The notes: generated by a model not told the origin, from the letters alone. 64,000 nucleotides of DNA from Tolypothrix carrinoi HA7290-LM1 (GCA_019358935.1 JAHHIK010000004.1:1-64000); one strand, 5' to 3'. Shown: positions 41,816 through 53,129, counted from the stretch's first letter. Program-made: numbers and translations.

Positions 41816-42116
41816 TATATTTACTCCAAAGAAAGTGAATGTTTCCGGAAAATCGAAAGTTTGAAAAGCGTATCAGGTACAAGCGAACCAAGGTTAATAG
41901 CAAAACCTTGCTCTATATCCTTAATAGGATAAGTCAAGTCAAATTATGCAATTATAGGATTAATTTAGAAATCAATAATTGCGAAACGCTTTGATAGTAA
42001 GGAAAAATCATAGTTATGTCAGATTGATTTTTAGATTATTGTAGAGACGTTCCGGACCGAACGTCTCTACAGATTGGTGTAGTCTAATAAAAGTGAAACT
42101 GCTGTATGCGTGTGTT

Positions 42117-43424
42117 ATGATTATTTATCAAGCTGCTGACTCTGATTTGATTACAATCGCTCAAAAAACGCGACTCGCTGCTAGTTCGTTAGCGGTTCTC
42201 TCTAGTGAAGTGAAAAATCAAGCGATTGAAGCGATCGCTATCGCTTTAGAATCGGCGAAAGATGAAATTTTACAAGCAAATATTACAGATTGTGAAGCGG
42301 CGGCAGAAAAAATTGCCAAACCGCTTTATAAGCGCTTGCAGTTGGATGAACATAAGTTAAGGGATGCGATCGCTGGGGTCCGAGATGTAGGTAAACTAGT
42401 TGATCCAGTCGGTGCAGTGCAGATTCACCGCGAAATTGATACTAACTTAATTCTCAAGCGAATTACTTGTCCTTTAGGCGTTTTGGGCGTTATTTTTGAA
42501 GCGCGTCCGGAAGCGGCAATTCAAATTGCAACTCTTGCTATTAAGTCGGGCAATGGTGTTATTCTCAAAGGTGGAAAAGAAGCGATTCGTTCTTGCGAAG
42601 CGATAGTTAAAGCAATTAAACAAGGATTATCTCAAACGGCTGTTAATCCCGATGCGGTGCAATTGCTGACAACAAGAGAAGAAACTTTAGAACTTTTGAA
42701 GTTAGATAAATATGTAGATTTAATTATTCCTAGAGGTTCTAATTCTTTTGTCAGATTTGTGCAGGAAAATACCCGCATCCCTGTGTTAGGTCACGCTGAT
42801 GGAATTTGTCATCTTTATGTAGATAAAGCCGCTGATATTGCCAAAGCTGTGACGATTACAATTGATTCTAAAACTCAATATCCGGCTGCTTGTAATGCGA
42901 TTGAAACTTTATTAGTTCACTCGGATATTGCGACAACATTTTTACCAAAAGTTGCTGATGCTTTGCAAAAAGTTAATGTGGAATTAAGAGGAGATGAACG
43001 TACCCGCGAAATTTTACCTAATATTGTAGCTGCAACAGAAGAAGACTGGGAAACTGAATACAGCGATTTGATTTTGTCAATTAAAATTGTCGATTCTTTA
43101 CAAGAGGCGATCGCACATATTAACGATTATGGTTCTCGTCATACGGAAGCGATCGTTACTGAAGATGTAGAAGCTGCGGAAACTTTCTTAGCGCTAGTAA
43201 ATGCAGCTGGAGTTTACCACAACTGTTCTACTCGCTTTGCTGATGGTTTCCGTTACGGTTTCGGTGCAGAAGTAGGAATTAGTACTCAACAAATGCCGCC
43301 ACGGGGTCCGGTCGGTTTAGAAGGTTTGGTAACATACAAGTATCAAATGATTGGCGATGGTCAGGTTGTAAGTACTTACACTGGAAAGAATGCTAAATCT
43401 TTTATTCATAGAGATTTGAAATAA
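42117..43424 (+). CDS. proA: Gamma-glutamyl phosphate reductase
   Basis: [53 protein letters not shown]. Confidence 0.96.
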   Translation: MIIYQAADSDLITIAQKTRLAASSLAVLSSEVKNQAIEAIAIALESAKDEILQANITDCEAAAEKIAKPLYKRLQLDEHKLRDAIAGVRDVGKLVDPVGAVQIHREIDTNLILKRITCPLGVLGVIFEARPEAAIQIATLAIKSGNGVILKGGKEAIRSCEAIVKAIKQGLSQTAVNPDAVQLLTTREETLELLKLDKYVDLIIPRGSNSFVRFVQENTRIPVLGHADGICHLYVDKAADIAKAVTITIDSKTQYPAACNAIETLLVHSDIATTFLPKVADALQKVNVELRGDERTREILPNIVAATEEDWETEYSDLILSIKIVDSLQEAIAHINDYGSRHTEAIVTEDVEAAETFLALVNAAGVYHNCSTRFADGFRYGFGAEVGISTQQMPPRGPVGLEGLVTYKYQMIGDGQVVSTYTGKNAKSFIHRDLK

Positions 43425-43461
43425 TGTAGGGTGCGTTACTTCGTTAACGCACCCTACTAAA

Positions 43462-44877
43462 TTATACTAATGCTTTCAATAACGCTTGAAGTTTAAGTTG
43501 AATTTCTGCTAGTTCTTTGTCGGGATCGGAACCTGCGACGATACCTGCACCTGCATAAAGTCTAGCGCGATCGCCATCAATCAATGCCGAACGAATTCCG
43601 ACAATAAACTCGCAGTTCCCGTCAGAATCTACCCAACCCAGTGGCGCCGCATATAAACCCCTCTCAAAGCTTTCGTGACGAAGAATTTCTGCACAGGCAA
43701 TATCTCTGGCTGCACCGGCAACGGCTGGTGTAGGATGCAATTGAGCGACTATTTTTAACGGGTGTACGTTAGCCGGAATTATAGCGCTAATTGGTGTCCA
43801 TAAATGCTGAATGTTAGATAATTGTCGCAGACGCGGTGATAACATTTGCGGTAATAAACCTAGTTCAGATAGGCGTTGAGTGATAAAATCAATTACTAGC
43901 GAATGTTCGTGCCTTTCTTTTTCACTATTTAGCAGGCGATCGGCGTTTGCTGCATCTTCAGCAGGTGTTTTTCCTCTAGGTGCAGAACCTGCCAAAGCAT
44001 CAGTAATTAACTGTTTTTTGTGAATGCTAATTAACCGTTCTGGACTTGCGCCAATAAAGTTTTGTCCCTTCCCATTACTTGTAGAAAATACATAACAATT
44101 AGGATGTAATTGTCGAAGATTGTTTAAAGATTGAACTAAGTTAAATTCATGACTTGATTTTACATCTAACACATCCGCTAAAACAACTTTACTCAAGTGA
44201 TTAGCGCTAATTTGTGACAAAGCAGATAAAACTGAAAGTTTAAATTTCTCAGGGTTGGGTAGAGTTTTTTTACTGTATTTACGTCGAGAATAATCAATAT
44301 TTATTGCATTTGCTTCTAAAGATTGAATTTTCTCTACTTGTTCGCAAAGGTTATGTAATAATTTGTGAATATTTACGCTCTTGTTAATGATTGTATTCGC
44401 AACTAATATACAGCGTTCATTTTTCACAGCTACTTGCCAACGGGGTAAAAAAATGGTACCCGCAGGAAATGGATAATCAAGTTGGGCATTTTTATCAAAA
44501 AAACTGAAGCAACAAAAAAAGTGAGCGCGAGAAAAAGGTAAATTTGTACTACCGAAATTAATTATATTTTTGAGACAATCTTTGATAAAATTTTCAGCTA
44601 TAATAAAACGCTCTTTGTCGGCAATTTGTAATTTGGCGACAGCATCAATGGCAGCGATCGCTTCTTTTTTGCCTCTGTTCTCAAAGTAAAAATTTATTTC
44701 ATTTGCTTGATTAAGTTGTTCAAGTACTATCAAAGGATCAACATAGTCAATCTCCAGCGAAATACTAACAATCTGCCGACAATGATTTTGACGGCAATTT
44801 TCTTGAACCGCTAACAGAAATTGGTATAGCTCTTTATTATATACGCTTAAGTTGGCGCGACATGGTGAAACTGTCAT
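43462..44877 (-). CDS. menF: Isochorismate synthase
   Basis: GASPERL, ALAGSAPRG, LHPTPAV, RGLYAAP.G, GIRSA, YAGAGIV; located in the men cluster. Confidence 0.92.
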   Translation of the reverse strand: MTVSPCRANLSVYNKELYQFLLAVQENCRQNHCRQIVSISLEIDYVDPLIVLEQLNQANEINFYFENRGKKEAIAAIDAVAKLQIADKERFIIAENFIKDCLKNIINFGSTNLPFSRAHFFCCFSFFDKNAQLDYPFPAGTIFLPRWQVAVKNERCILVANTIINKSVNIHKLLHNLCEQVEKIQSLEANAINIDYSRRKYSKKTLPNPEKFKLSVLSALSQISANHLSKVVLADVLDVKSSHEFNLVQSLNNLRQLHPNCYVFSTSNGKGQNFIGASPERLISIHKKQLITDALAGSAPRGKTPAEDAANADRLLNSEKERHEHSLVIDFITQRLSELGLLPQMLSPRLRQLSNIQHLWTPISAIIPANVHPLKIVAQLHPTPAVAGAARDIACAEILRHESFERGLYAAPLGWVDSDGNCEFIVGIRSALIDGDRARLYAGAGIVAGSDPDKELAEIQLKLQALLKALV

Positions 44878-45124
44878 GGATCTAAATTTAGTAAACTTTT
44901 TTGAAGTTATCTTCCTAAAGTGCAATAATTCGTGGTCGTATTTTTACAGGTAGCATATTCAGTCGCTGTTTAACCAGCGTAGTGGCTAAGTGCAAATCAC
45001 GATGTTGCAATACTCCTTGATGTCATGCTCAGTTTAAAGCAAATCAGTCACAGAAAAAATGGCGATCGTTGCACATCTGACTTTTGTTTCGGTATAAGAT
45101 TGAAACCATAATTGCTTACACAAG

Positions 45125-46030
45125 ATGACTACAAAGCTGATTTCATATCCCAACAAAAAATTATGGATGGCGGCAATTAAACCGCCGATGTACAGCGTTG
45201 CTATTATGCCTATCTGGGTAGGAACTGCTGTAGCTATTGCGGAAACCAGGATTTTTCATGGAGCAGTTTTTTCTACTTTTTTAGCATCTGCAATTTTAAT
45301 TTTGGCGTGGGAAAATCTCAGTAATGATGTTTTTGATTCCGAGACGGGGATTGATAAAAATAAACATCATTCTTTGGTAAATTTAACTGCCAATAAAGCA
45401 TTAATATTTTGGTTAGGAAATTCTTGTTTGGGATTAGGTTTATTGGGGATACTAGCAATAGCGTGGTGGCAGCAAGACCTAACTGTGATTGGGATAATTT
45501 TGTTGTGCTGTGCCTTAGGCTACATGTACCAAGGACCTCCCTTTCGTTTAGGATACCAGGGCTTAGGGGAAATTCTTTGCTTTTTCGCCTTTGGTCCATT
45601 AGCAGTGACGGCAGCATACTACAGTCAAACCCAAAGCTGGAACATGACAAGTTTAGCAGCTTCGGTGTTCGTGGGGATTGCCACGAGTTTAATTTTATTT
45701 TGTTCGCACTTTCACCAAGTTAAGGATGACATAGCTGCGGGCAAGCGATCGCCTATCGTCCGTCTCGGTACCGCTAGAGGTGCGAAGGTTTTAACTGGGT
45801 TCACAGCAAGTATTTACCCTCTGTGCTTGCTGTTTGTCATGTTGGGGATGTTCCCCGTGTGGACATTGCTGAGTTGGGTGAGTTTACCCTTTGCCTTCAA
45901 GCTATGCAACCACGTTTTGCAAAATCATAACCAGCCAGAAAAAGTCAGCAACTGTAAATTCATCGCTGTTGCCGTGCATTTTTGGAGTTGCTTGCTGTTC
46001 GGTTTGGGTTTTATGCTGTCAGGAGGTTAG
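45125..46030 (+). CDS. menA: DHNA phytyltransferase
   Basis: AAIKPPMY, NLSNDVFD..TGID, YQGPPFRLGY.GLGE, D..AGKRSPIV. Confidence 0.93.
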   Translation: MTTKLISYPNKKLWMAAIKPPMYSVAIMPIWVGTAVAIAETRIFHGAVFSTFLASAILILAWENLSNDVFDSETGIDKNKHHSLVNLTANKALIFWLGNSCLGLGLLGILAIAWWQQDLTVIGIILLCCALGYMYQGPPFRLGYQGLGEILCFFAFGPLAVTAAYYSQTQSWNMTSLAASVFVGIATSLILFCSHFHQVKDDIAAGKRSPIVRLGTARGAKVLTGFTASIYPLCLLFVMLGMFPVWTLLSWVSLPFAFKLCNHVLQNHNQPEKVSNCKFIAVAVHFWSCLLFGLGFMLSGG

Positions 46031-46036
46031 TGGATA

Positions 46037-46206
46037 GTGGGGCATGGGGCATGGGGCATGGGGCATGGGGCATGGGGCATGGGGCATGGGGCATGGGGCA
46101 TGGGGCATGGGGCATGGCGACTGGAAAAAGAATTATTACCCATTACCCATTACCCATTCCCAATTCCCAATTCCCAATGCCCAATGCCCATTGCCCATTG
46201 CCCATT
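46037..46206. repeat. STRR tracts (GGGGCAT)n then (CCCATTA/CCCAATT)n
   Basis: Directly visible between menA and menC. Confidence 0.92.
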
Positions 46207-46225
46207 AACAACCAACTTGCAATTG

Positions 46226-47320
46226 ATGCGCTATCGATTTGAATTTCGTCCTTATCGACGGAGATTCATACGTCCCCTCGTTACGAGTCACGGTACTTGG
46301 GATATCCGCGACGGTATTATTCTTTGCCTCAGCGATGAAACAAATATTGGCTGGGGAGAAATTGCGCCTATTAGCTGGTTTGGTTCGGAAACCATAGAAC
46401 AAGCTTTATCATTTTGTCGCCAGCTACCCACGGAAATTACTGAGGAAACGATTTTCTCTATCCCAGATGAGTTACCCGCTTGTCAATTTGGCTTTGAGTC
46501 AGCGCTTTGGGGAGGGGGGAGTGTGGGAGGACAAGGGGGACAAGGAGGACAAGGAGGACAAGGAGGAATATCTCCCCCCTCTCCCTTGTCTTCCCCATCT
46601 CCCTTGTCTCCCTTGTCTCCCTTGTCTTCCCCCACTCCCCCTCTCCCCATCCCCCCCTCTCCCCCTCCCCACTCCCTCACCTACAGTGCTTTATTACCAG
46701 CAGGTGAGGCTGCTTTGGAACAATGGCAGAAGTTATGGGAACAGGGATATCGCACGTTTAAGTGGAAAATTGGAGTGTATGCGATCGCCTATGAACTGAA
46801 AATTTTTGAGTTACTCACTCAAGCTTTACCACCCTCAGCAAAACTGCGATTAGATGCAAACGGGGGACTCAGCTATGAAGATGCAAATTTATGGCTGTGG
46901 ACTTGCGATAATCATCAAGCCAATCAAAACCGAGTGGAAATTGAATTTATCGAACAACCGCTACCTGTAGATCAATTTCTCTTAATGCTGGAATTGTCTG
47001 ATTGCTATGGTACAGCGATCGCTTTAGATGAATCTGCCGCCACACTCAAACAACTTGAATGCTGCTTCCAACAAGGCTGGCGAGACATTTTTGTAATTAA
47101 ATCAGGAATAGTCGGTTCACCATCTCGTCTGCGTCAGTTTTGCCAAAAACATAAAATTGATGCTGTATTTTCATCGGTATTTGAAACTGAAATTGGCAGA
47201 CAAGCTGCACTTAACTTAGCAGCGGAATTATCTCAGCATAATCGCGCAGTTGGATTTGGTGTTAACCATTTTTTTGAGCAAGAGAAGGATAATTGGCTTG
47301 AAAATCTATGGAAATTTTAG
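46226..47320 (+). CDS. menC: o-succinylbenzoate synthase with an in-frame repeat insertion
   Basis: GWGEIAP, TFKWKIG, LRLDANG, IEQPL, ALDES; true start MRYRFEF at 46226. Confidence 0.9.
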   Translation: MRYRFEFRPYRRRFIRPLVTSHGTWDIRDGIILCLSDETNIGWGEIAPISWFGSETIEQALSFCRQLPTEITEETIFSIPDELPACQFGFESALWGGGSVGGQGGQGGQGGQGGISPPSPLSSPSPLSPLSPLSSPTPPLPIPPSPPPHSLTYSALLPAGEAALEQWQKLWEQGYRTFKWKIGVYAIAYELKIFELLTQALPPSAKLRLDANGGLSYEDANLWLWTCDNHQANQNRVEIEFIEQPLPVDQFLLMLELSDCYGTAIALDESAATLKQLECCFQQGWRDIFVIKSGIVGSPSRLRQFCQKHKIDAVFSSVFETEIGRQAALNLAAELSQHNRAVGFGVNHFFEQEKDNWLENLWKF

Positions 47321-48750
47321 ATTATATCAAACGTCAAAATGATGATTGGCTTATCAAAGGCGATCGCTTTCATTTTCAACAATTATTTGAAAACTTTTAT
47401 TTAGAATTATTAGCATACAAAACACCACAAAAAATCATCTTAGCAGAACGCGAACCCGTGCGTTTTTTAGCAGGCTTTCTTGCCGCTTGTGCAGCTAATT
47501 GTCCTGTTTTTCTTTGTAACCCCGACTGGGGAAAACAAGAATGGCAAGAAGTATTTAATTTAGTACAGCCAAACCTCATTTTAGGAGATGGCGATTCGGG
47601 AGGATGGAACAGAATTGTTTATGCCCCATTACCTATGCCCCATTACCCCTTCGGGGTTCGCCAGTCGCTCATGGGGGAAACCCCCAAGACCGCGCTGGCT
47701 CACCAATTACCAATTACCAATACAATCATGATTCCCACAGGTGGTTCATCGGGAAAGATTAAATTTGCCATCCACACTTGGGACACCCTCATGGCATCTG
47801 TAAAAGGATTTACCGAATATTTTCAGCTAAATAAAGTTAATTCCTTTTGTGTATTGCCACTATATCACGTCAGCGGTTTAATGCAATTTATGCGTTCCTT
47901 TACCACTGGTGGCAAACTCGCTATTTTCCCCTTTAAAGAAGTAGAATCAAATCAAATATATCATATTGAACCATCGGAATTTTTTATATCTTTAGTTCCA
48001 ACACAATTACAACGTCTTCTACAAAATCCAGATTTAACAACGTGGCTATCCCAATTTCAAACTGTACTTTTAGGAGGTGCGCCAGCTTGGAATGAACTTT
48101 TAGAAAAAGCGAGATTTTACCGTATTCGATTAGCACCAACTTACGGGATGACAGAAACCGCTTCGCAAATTGCCACAGTCAAACCTGACGATTTCCTCAA
48201 TGGTAAAATTAGCAGCGGTCAAATCCTCCCTCACGCCAAAATAACAATTTGTAATGAACAAGGCGAGGTTTTGAATTCAAATCAAAAAGGAAATATTATT
48301 ATAACATCTCAATCTTTAGCCCTTGGTTACTATCCAGAAATATGGAAAAATCAGGATTACTTACAAGTTGATGATTTAGGTTTCTTAGATAACGATGGTC
48401 ATTTAAATATTGTTGGACGCAGCAGTAATAAAATCATTACCGGCGGTGAAAACGTCTACCCAATCGAAATTGAATCAGCAATTAGAGCAACTAAAATGGT
48501 AAACGATGTTTGTGTAATTGGCATCCCAGATAAACAATGGGGACAAGCGATAACAGCCATTTATATACCCAAAAAAGCAAAGACATCTAGCTTAGAAATC
48601 CAAAACATACTCAAAGATAAACTTTGCAAATTCAAAATTCCCAAACACTGGATTTGCGTCCCAACATTACCTCGTAACACTCAAGGCAAAATCAACCACC
48701 AGCAGCTACAACAAATAGTAACAAACCTACTCCAAACCTCCCCCAAATAA
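47308..48750 (+). CDS. menE: o-succinylbenzoate-CoA ligase
   Basis: PTGGSSG..K, LPLYHVSG, YGMTET, DDLG, IITGGENVYP.EIE. Confidence 0.9.
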   Translation: MEILDYIKRQNDDWLIKGDRFHFQQLFENFYLELLAYKTPQKIILAEREPVRFLAGFLAACAANCPVFLCNPDWGKQEWQEVFNLVQPNLILGDGDSGGWNRIVYAPLPMPHYPFGVRQSLMGETPKTALAHQLPITNTIMIPTGGSSGKIKFAIHTWDTLMASVKGFTEYFQLNKVNSFCVLPLYHVSGLMQFMRSFTTGGKLAIFPFKEVESNQIYHIEPSEFFISLVPTQLQRLLQNPDLTTWLSQFQTVLLGGAPAWNELLEKARFYRIRLAPTYGMTETASQIATVKPDDFLNGKISSGQILPHAKITICNEQGEVLNSNQKGNIIITSQSLALGYYPEIWKNQDYLQVDDLGFLDNDGHLNIVGRSSNKIITGGENVYPIEIESAIRATKMVNDVCVIGIPDKQWGQAITAIYIPKKAKTSSLEIQNILKDKLCKFKIPKHWICVPTLPRNTQGKINHQQLQQIVTNLLQTSPK

Positions 48751-48764
48751 TCTCTCTATCCTCT

Positions 48765-49155
48765 TACCTTGGCGTCCTTGGCGTCTTCTCCTTCTCCTGT
48801 CGGAGACGCTGCGCGAACAAAGACGCGTTGGCGTTCGCCCTTGGCGTTGCCGCAGGCTAGCCTCTAGGAGAGCGTAGCGTCTCCCTTTGGGAGAAGAGAA
48901 GCGCGTTGGCAAAGCCTCTAGGAGAGCGCAGCGTCTCCCTTTGGGAGAAGAGAAGGCGGTTCGTTATCGTCGCTTCGCTCCTGGGTGTGGGGTTGCAGTG
49001 ATGGGGTGTGGGGAATACCTTGAAGAATGCTCACACCCCGCCCCAGGAGCATTCGGGTTTAAGACCCCACCGTCTTACGGTGTATAAAGGTTGGTTGGGG
49101 TTAGAATCCCCATCCAACCGAACCCTACACCCCACACCCTACCCCCTACACCCTG
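48765..49155. repeat. Composite of nested small dispersed repeats
   Basis: GCCTCTAGGAGAGCG(T/C)AGCGTCTCCCTTTGGGAGAAGAGAA twice, CTTGGCGT units, GGGGTGT/CCCTACA units. Confidence 0.7.
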
Positions 49156-49168
49156 TTCAATAACCCCC

Positions 49169-49615
49169 TCACATAGCCTCTCTAGACCTTCTTCTCTCTG
49201 CGCTCTCAGCGTCTCTGCGGTTCGTTTCCAACCATCGCATCAGCTCACCCGATAACTCCCTTTTACTTCTACTACTTACCTCAATACAAACGTGCCTAGT
49301 AACTGCCTTAGCAACCATTACACCATCAACTACAACTTCATAAGCAACTTCAAACTTATCAACACCGAGTTTTTGCGGAATCAAGCTAATAATTAACTTA
49401 TCCCCACAAAACATCGGGCGAAAAAAATCTACATCCGCGTGAACAATCGGAAAAGCCACAGATGTACTACTAAAAAAATCTTTGATATTAATACTTGATA
49501 CTTCTAAAGATGCTTCATAAGCTTCATGACAAATAGATAAAACATTGGCAAAGTAAACTACCCCAGCGGCATCAGTATCTGAAAATCGAACGGTGCGGTT
49601 ATAAGTAAACGGCAT
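49169..49615 (-). CDS. 1,4-dihydroxy-2-naphthoyl-CoA thioesterase (4HBT hotdog fold)
   Basis: [16 protein letters not shown]...CHEAYE, FPIVHA.VDF..P; adjacent to menE. Confidence 0.88.
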   Translation of the reverse strand: MPFTYNRTVRFSDTDAAGVVYFANVLSICHEAYEASLEVSSINIKDFFSSTSVAFPIVHADVDFFRPMFCGDKLIISLIPQKLGVDKFEVAYEVVVDGVMVAKAVTRHVCIEVSSRSKRELSGELMRWLETNRRDAESAERRRSREAM

Positions 49616-49739
49616 ATTTTATAATTAGCGAAAAAAATAGCAGGCTTATAACCTGCTACCAAAAATGATTTTACTGCAACTAGAACAATTTGTATGGTGC
49701 GTTAACAGAGTGTAACGCACCCTACTATAATTTCATGTT

Positions 49740-50807
49740 TCAATTTAATGGGTAATAAATGTCTTCAGAGTGAGGATTAAGGTAGGGACGCTGCAAATCT
49801 ATATTTAGCTGCGTAAAGTGTTGAGCGATCGCTTTCATTCTCTCCTCAGTACTATTATCACCTTTTTGCCAAACTGACAACAAAGAAGAAGCGACAATTT
49901 GACAACGATTCACGCCAAAATTCTCTTGTGCGGCAAATTTTTGGCTTGGTTCTTCAGCTAAACTCAAGCCAGGGGCTAAAAACTTGGTAAATAAAGGTAT
50001 TTCTGGCTGAAAATAAGATTTATACTCTGAATAAACAGCTTGAAGTACTTTCCGCACTGCTGGATAGTCGTTGCGTTGAAAATACAGCATCCCAGAGTCG
50101 TAACGTCCATACGCACAAGGGTTGTAAAGAACTTGAAAGTTAAAGAAAATCTCAGCCGCGTTTAATTGTTGGGTGAGACTATCCATGAGAGCGATCGCTC
50201 CATCAGGAGTTACATTAAAATAAATTCGCCCCATATCCAAATCAACGTCTGGATTATTGCTAACTGCTAAATAATAATTATTTTGCAGTCGATTTTTTGG
50301 CATCCAAATTCCAACCAACTTACCAACTTTGGCAGACTCCATACTTGGTTGCATAGGCGAGTTATACTCAACATGCAATGTCAAACCGTCTTTAATTACT
50401 ACCAGAGTACCATCAGGTTCTTGCCGCAAAACTTGCCAACCAGCATCAAAATAACCTATGCCGTGATTGCTAGCATCTAATCGTTCGTAAAATTCCCAAT
50501 CAGTACCGAAAATATAATTGTTTTCTAAAGTTTGATGTGGTAATAAATTAGCTGGTTTGGCATTTAGTGCCAAAATGTTTTGCAAAGAACCATTGTAATA
50601 AATTCCGTAAATAAAATTTCGCAGCAGCAAAGTCAGATATTTACGCTGCAATGCTGGCAGATTTTGTTGAAATCTGTCTGCTACTTTTTTTGGCAAGGCA
50701 AACGGTTGATAATTCGGATGAATAATGCAAAAGTTGGACTCAATCTGAATATTGCTGGCAATGTCAAACAGAGAATCTAGTAGTTGATTGGTAGGAGTAT
50801 ATAGCAT
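49740..50807 (-). CDS. HopA1-family protein (LanY-like lyase)
   Basis: RIYFNV, YGRYDSGMLYF, IPLFTK.LAPGL.LAEEP, FG.NRCQIVA. Confidence 0.78.
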   Translation of the reverse strand: MLYTPTNQLLDSLFDIASNIQIESNFCIIHPNYQPFALPKKVADRFQQNLPALQRKYLTLLLRNFIYGIYYNGSLQNILALNAKPANLLPHQTLENNYIFGTDWEFYERLDASNHGIGYFDAGWQVLRQEPDGTLVVIKDGLTLHVEYNSPMQPSMESAKVGKLVGIWMPKNRLQNNYYLAVSNNPDVDLDMGRIYFNVTPDGAIALMDSLTQQLNAAEIFFNFQVLYNPCAYGRYDSGMLYFQRNDYPAVRKVLQAVYSEYKSYFQPEIPLFTKFLAPGLSLAEEPSQKFAAQENFGVNRCQIVASSLLSVWQKGDNSTEERMKAIAQHFTQLNIDLQRPYLNPHSEDIYYPLN

Positions 50808-50874
50808 TTTAAAATGTAGTAAGCGCTTAAGCGCTTTAATAGATGAGCGGTAAACCGCTCACTACGAACTTAAC

Positions 50875-52110
50875 TTAACACCCACGCAGACGAGTTTTTG
50901 GGTAATAAAGAGGAAGCAAATTCTGCTTGCTTTCTGGTTGAGGCAACTTTTCTAATTTGGTAACGGGTTTGAGTATTTCCGATTCAGAAATACCGAAAAC
51001 GGTTAGCACAGCAAGCTGTGGCATGGTGAGTAAATTTTTGGCGACTTGAAGCATTGAAATGCTGATATTATCAAAGTATTTATCGTACTTAATCGTTGCC
51101 TCAATTTGATGCATCAGTGCTAAACCCGCAAACTGAATAACACGCAAGAGAAAATCATTACGATACTCTAAAATGTTGGGGAAGGCTTTGAGATAAGCTT
51201 GAGTCAGGGCAAGCATTGAAGGTTGAAGAGTCTCTAATGGTGTCACCGCTAATTGCAAAGATTCTTCTAATTCGATGGTGGGATCTACCACCAGACTGTC
51301 TAGCCAAATTTTTAAATAGCTTGCTAGCAAAGTTCCTAAATCAAAGGCTGGATCTCCCCAGGCACATGCTTCCCAGTCAATCAGCCGGACGATCGCATTA
51401 TCTAGGTGTTCCCACCTGGAATGGATCAAAATGTTGTCTAATTTCAGGTCGTTATGAGTCAAGCAGCAAGGTTGCCAATCGTTTGCTAAGTCTCCAATTG
51501 CTGATTCTAAATTGTCGTGACCCTGGTAGTAAGCATAAAATTTCAGCGCAGGAGTGGGAACCATGCCAAAAATCTCAGGTGTAATTGACTCGATTCCTTG
51601 CGCTGGATTGTTGAAGTGATAGCGAAACTGTCCTGCGGGAGCTGTTGCCATAAAATCGCGATACTCACGACGGTTGAATGTAGCACGATGCAGCGCTCCT
51701 AAGGTGTCACCAATGGTACTGGCGATCGCTTCCGGGAAAATATCGTTTTGTTGATAATAATTCCCCAGTTCCTGATACTCACTTAAGTAGTTGCGGATCA
51801 GGATCGAGTTTTCTTCATCGAAGTGCAGCACTTCGGAGGCGATCGCTCCGATGTTACCAATGACTGGAAATTGCTCAAGCAATTGGTCAAACAGCCACTC
51901 ATTGAAAAATTGCTCTTTTCCATCCAAAAGGTCAATGCTACGTTTTTGTTTAACCAGCAGTTTGCGATTATCTGCCAGAGTAACCAGTAAATTTAAATTT
52001 TTCTTACTTTCAGGTAACTCAGAATTAGAGGATGCGCCATCTTCTGAGCTACACAGACCTGAAGAACGCAGATACTGGATAACGTTATGAGAAGACAGTG
52101 AAACTACCAT
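50875..52110 (-). CDS. Aminoglycoside-phosphotransferase-family kinase (LanK-like)
   Basis: LLVKQ, LTHNDLKLDNILI, LIDWE...WGDPAFDLG. Confidence 0.85.
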   Translation of the reverse strand: MVVSLSSHNVIQYLRSSGLCSSEDGASSNSELPESKKNLNLLVTLADNRKLLVKQKRSIDLLDGKEQFFNEWLFDQLLEQFPVIGNIGAIASEVLHFDEENSILIRNYLSEYQELGNYYQQNDIFPEAIASTIGDTLGALHRATFNRREYRDFMATAPAGQFRYHFNNPAQGIESITPEIFGMVPTPALKFYAYYQGHDNLESAIGDLANDWQPCCLTHNDLKLDNILIHSRWEHLDNAIVRLIDWEACAWGDPAFDLGTLLASYLKIWLDSLVVDPTIELEESLQLAVTPLETLQPSMLALTQAYLKAFPNILEYRNDFLLRVIQFAGLALMHQIEATIKYDKYFDNISISMLQVAKNLLTMPQLAVLTVFGISESEILKPVTKLEKLPQPESKQNLLPLYYPKTRLRGC

Positions 52111-52904
52111 GTATTATTTCCTAATTCGTAAAATTAAAGAGCGTAAATCACCTAGATCCAGATTGGCTTAACTTTTATAGCTCGTGGTAGACAGCAATAA
52201 CACTGGGAATATTAATCACGATGATTACAATCTACTAATATCCGATCCCCAAAAGAAAAACCTGCCAAAATGGCAATTCTGTCTTTACTATTCCTTTAAA
52301 GTAAATTCTTTACCTGACTAAGCATTTTTACTTGAATTGATATTTAGTTTTGTGGTTAAGCTTTTTGCTGTTGTTCACTTTCCGGCTTTCTGGGCGTTCA
52401 AGAAAAATTCACGCATTAATTTTTCACTTCGCAATAAAAGCAAGTGCGAAATCAACTGTTTATGAGATGATTTCGCAATATTATTAGTATCTTCAGATGT
52501 TCACCGCGCACTAGACAACAAAATCGCTCTAACTTAGATAGGGCGGGTCATTCATGCTATTTGCGTGCATATTGCGATCGCTTCGTTTTCCTCTTTTTTT
52601 GAAAATGATTTTTTTAAGCCACATTTTTACCATCATCCCCAAATAACGATTGAGCTACGGTTTTTAACTAATTCCCAAAAAAACAAACATTTGCTCATGA
52701 ACTGAATCACAAGCAAACAAAACTGAGTCATGGTAAATATTGATTGATATTATGCTGCCATTTATATTCATTTACAATAAGATATTTCGGTTACATAAAT
52801 CAAGTGATAAGTTTTAATTGTGTTATATACAGCAGAGCCAATATAAATCTAATCAATTTAAATTCAAATACAGGCAATCTTGAAGTACTTACGTATCTAG
52901 CTAC

Positions 52905-52995
52905 AGGGGAAAGGGGAAAGGGGAAAGGGGAAAGGGGAAAGGGGAAAGGGGGAAGGGGAAGGGGAAAAGGGGAAAGGGGAAAGGGGAAAGGAAAA
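52905..52995. repeat. STRR heptamer tract (GGGGAAA)n
   Basis: Directly visible; complementary (TTCCCCT)n at about 54944-54982. Confidence 0.9.
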
Positions 52996-53129
52996 TTAAG
53001 AATTATTGAAATATGCACCCTTGATTTTCTTTACCTTTACCCTTTACCCTTCTTCGGTAATATAAATGTACTAATAAAGGTATACTAACTAAAAAGAATC
53101 ATGGAGGTGAAAAAAATAGTAGGCATCAG

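Noticed and set aside
46037..46225. N-terminal extension of MenC in the ORF track
   Set aside because: Derived from STRR repeats; MenC-like sequence starts at 46226
52744..53088. ORFs of 114 and 72 aa as RiPP precursors
   Set aside because: Dominated by the (GGGGAAA)n repeat translation; no leader/core pattern
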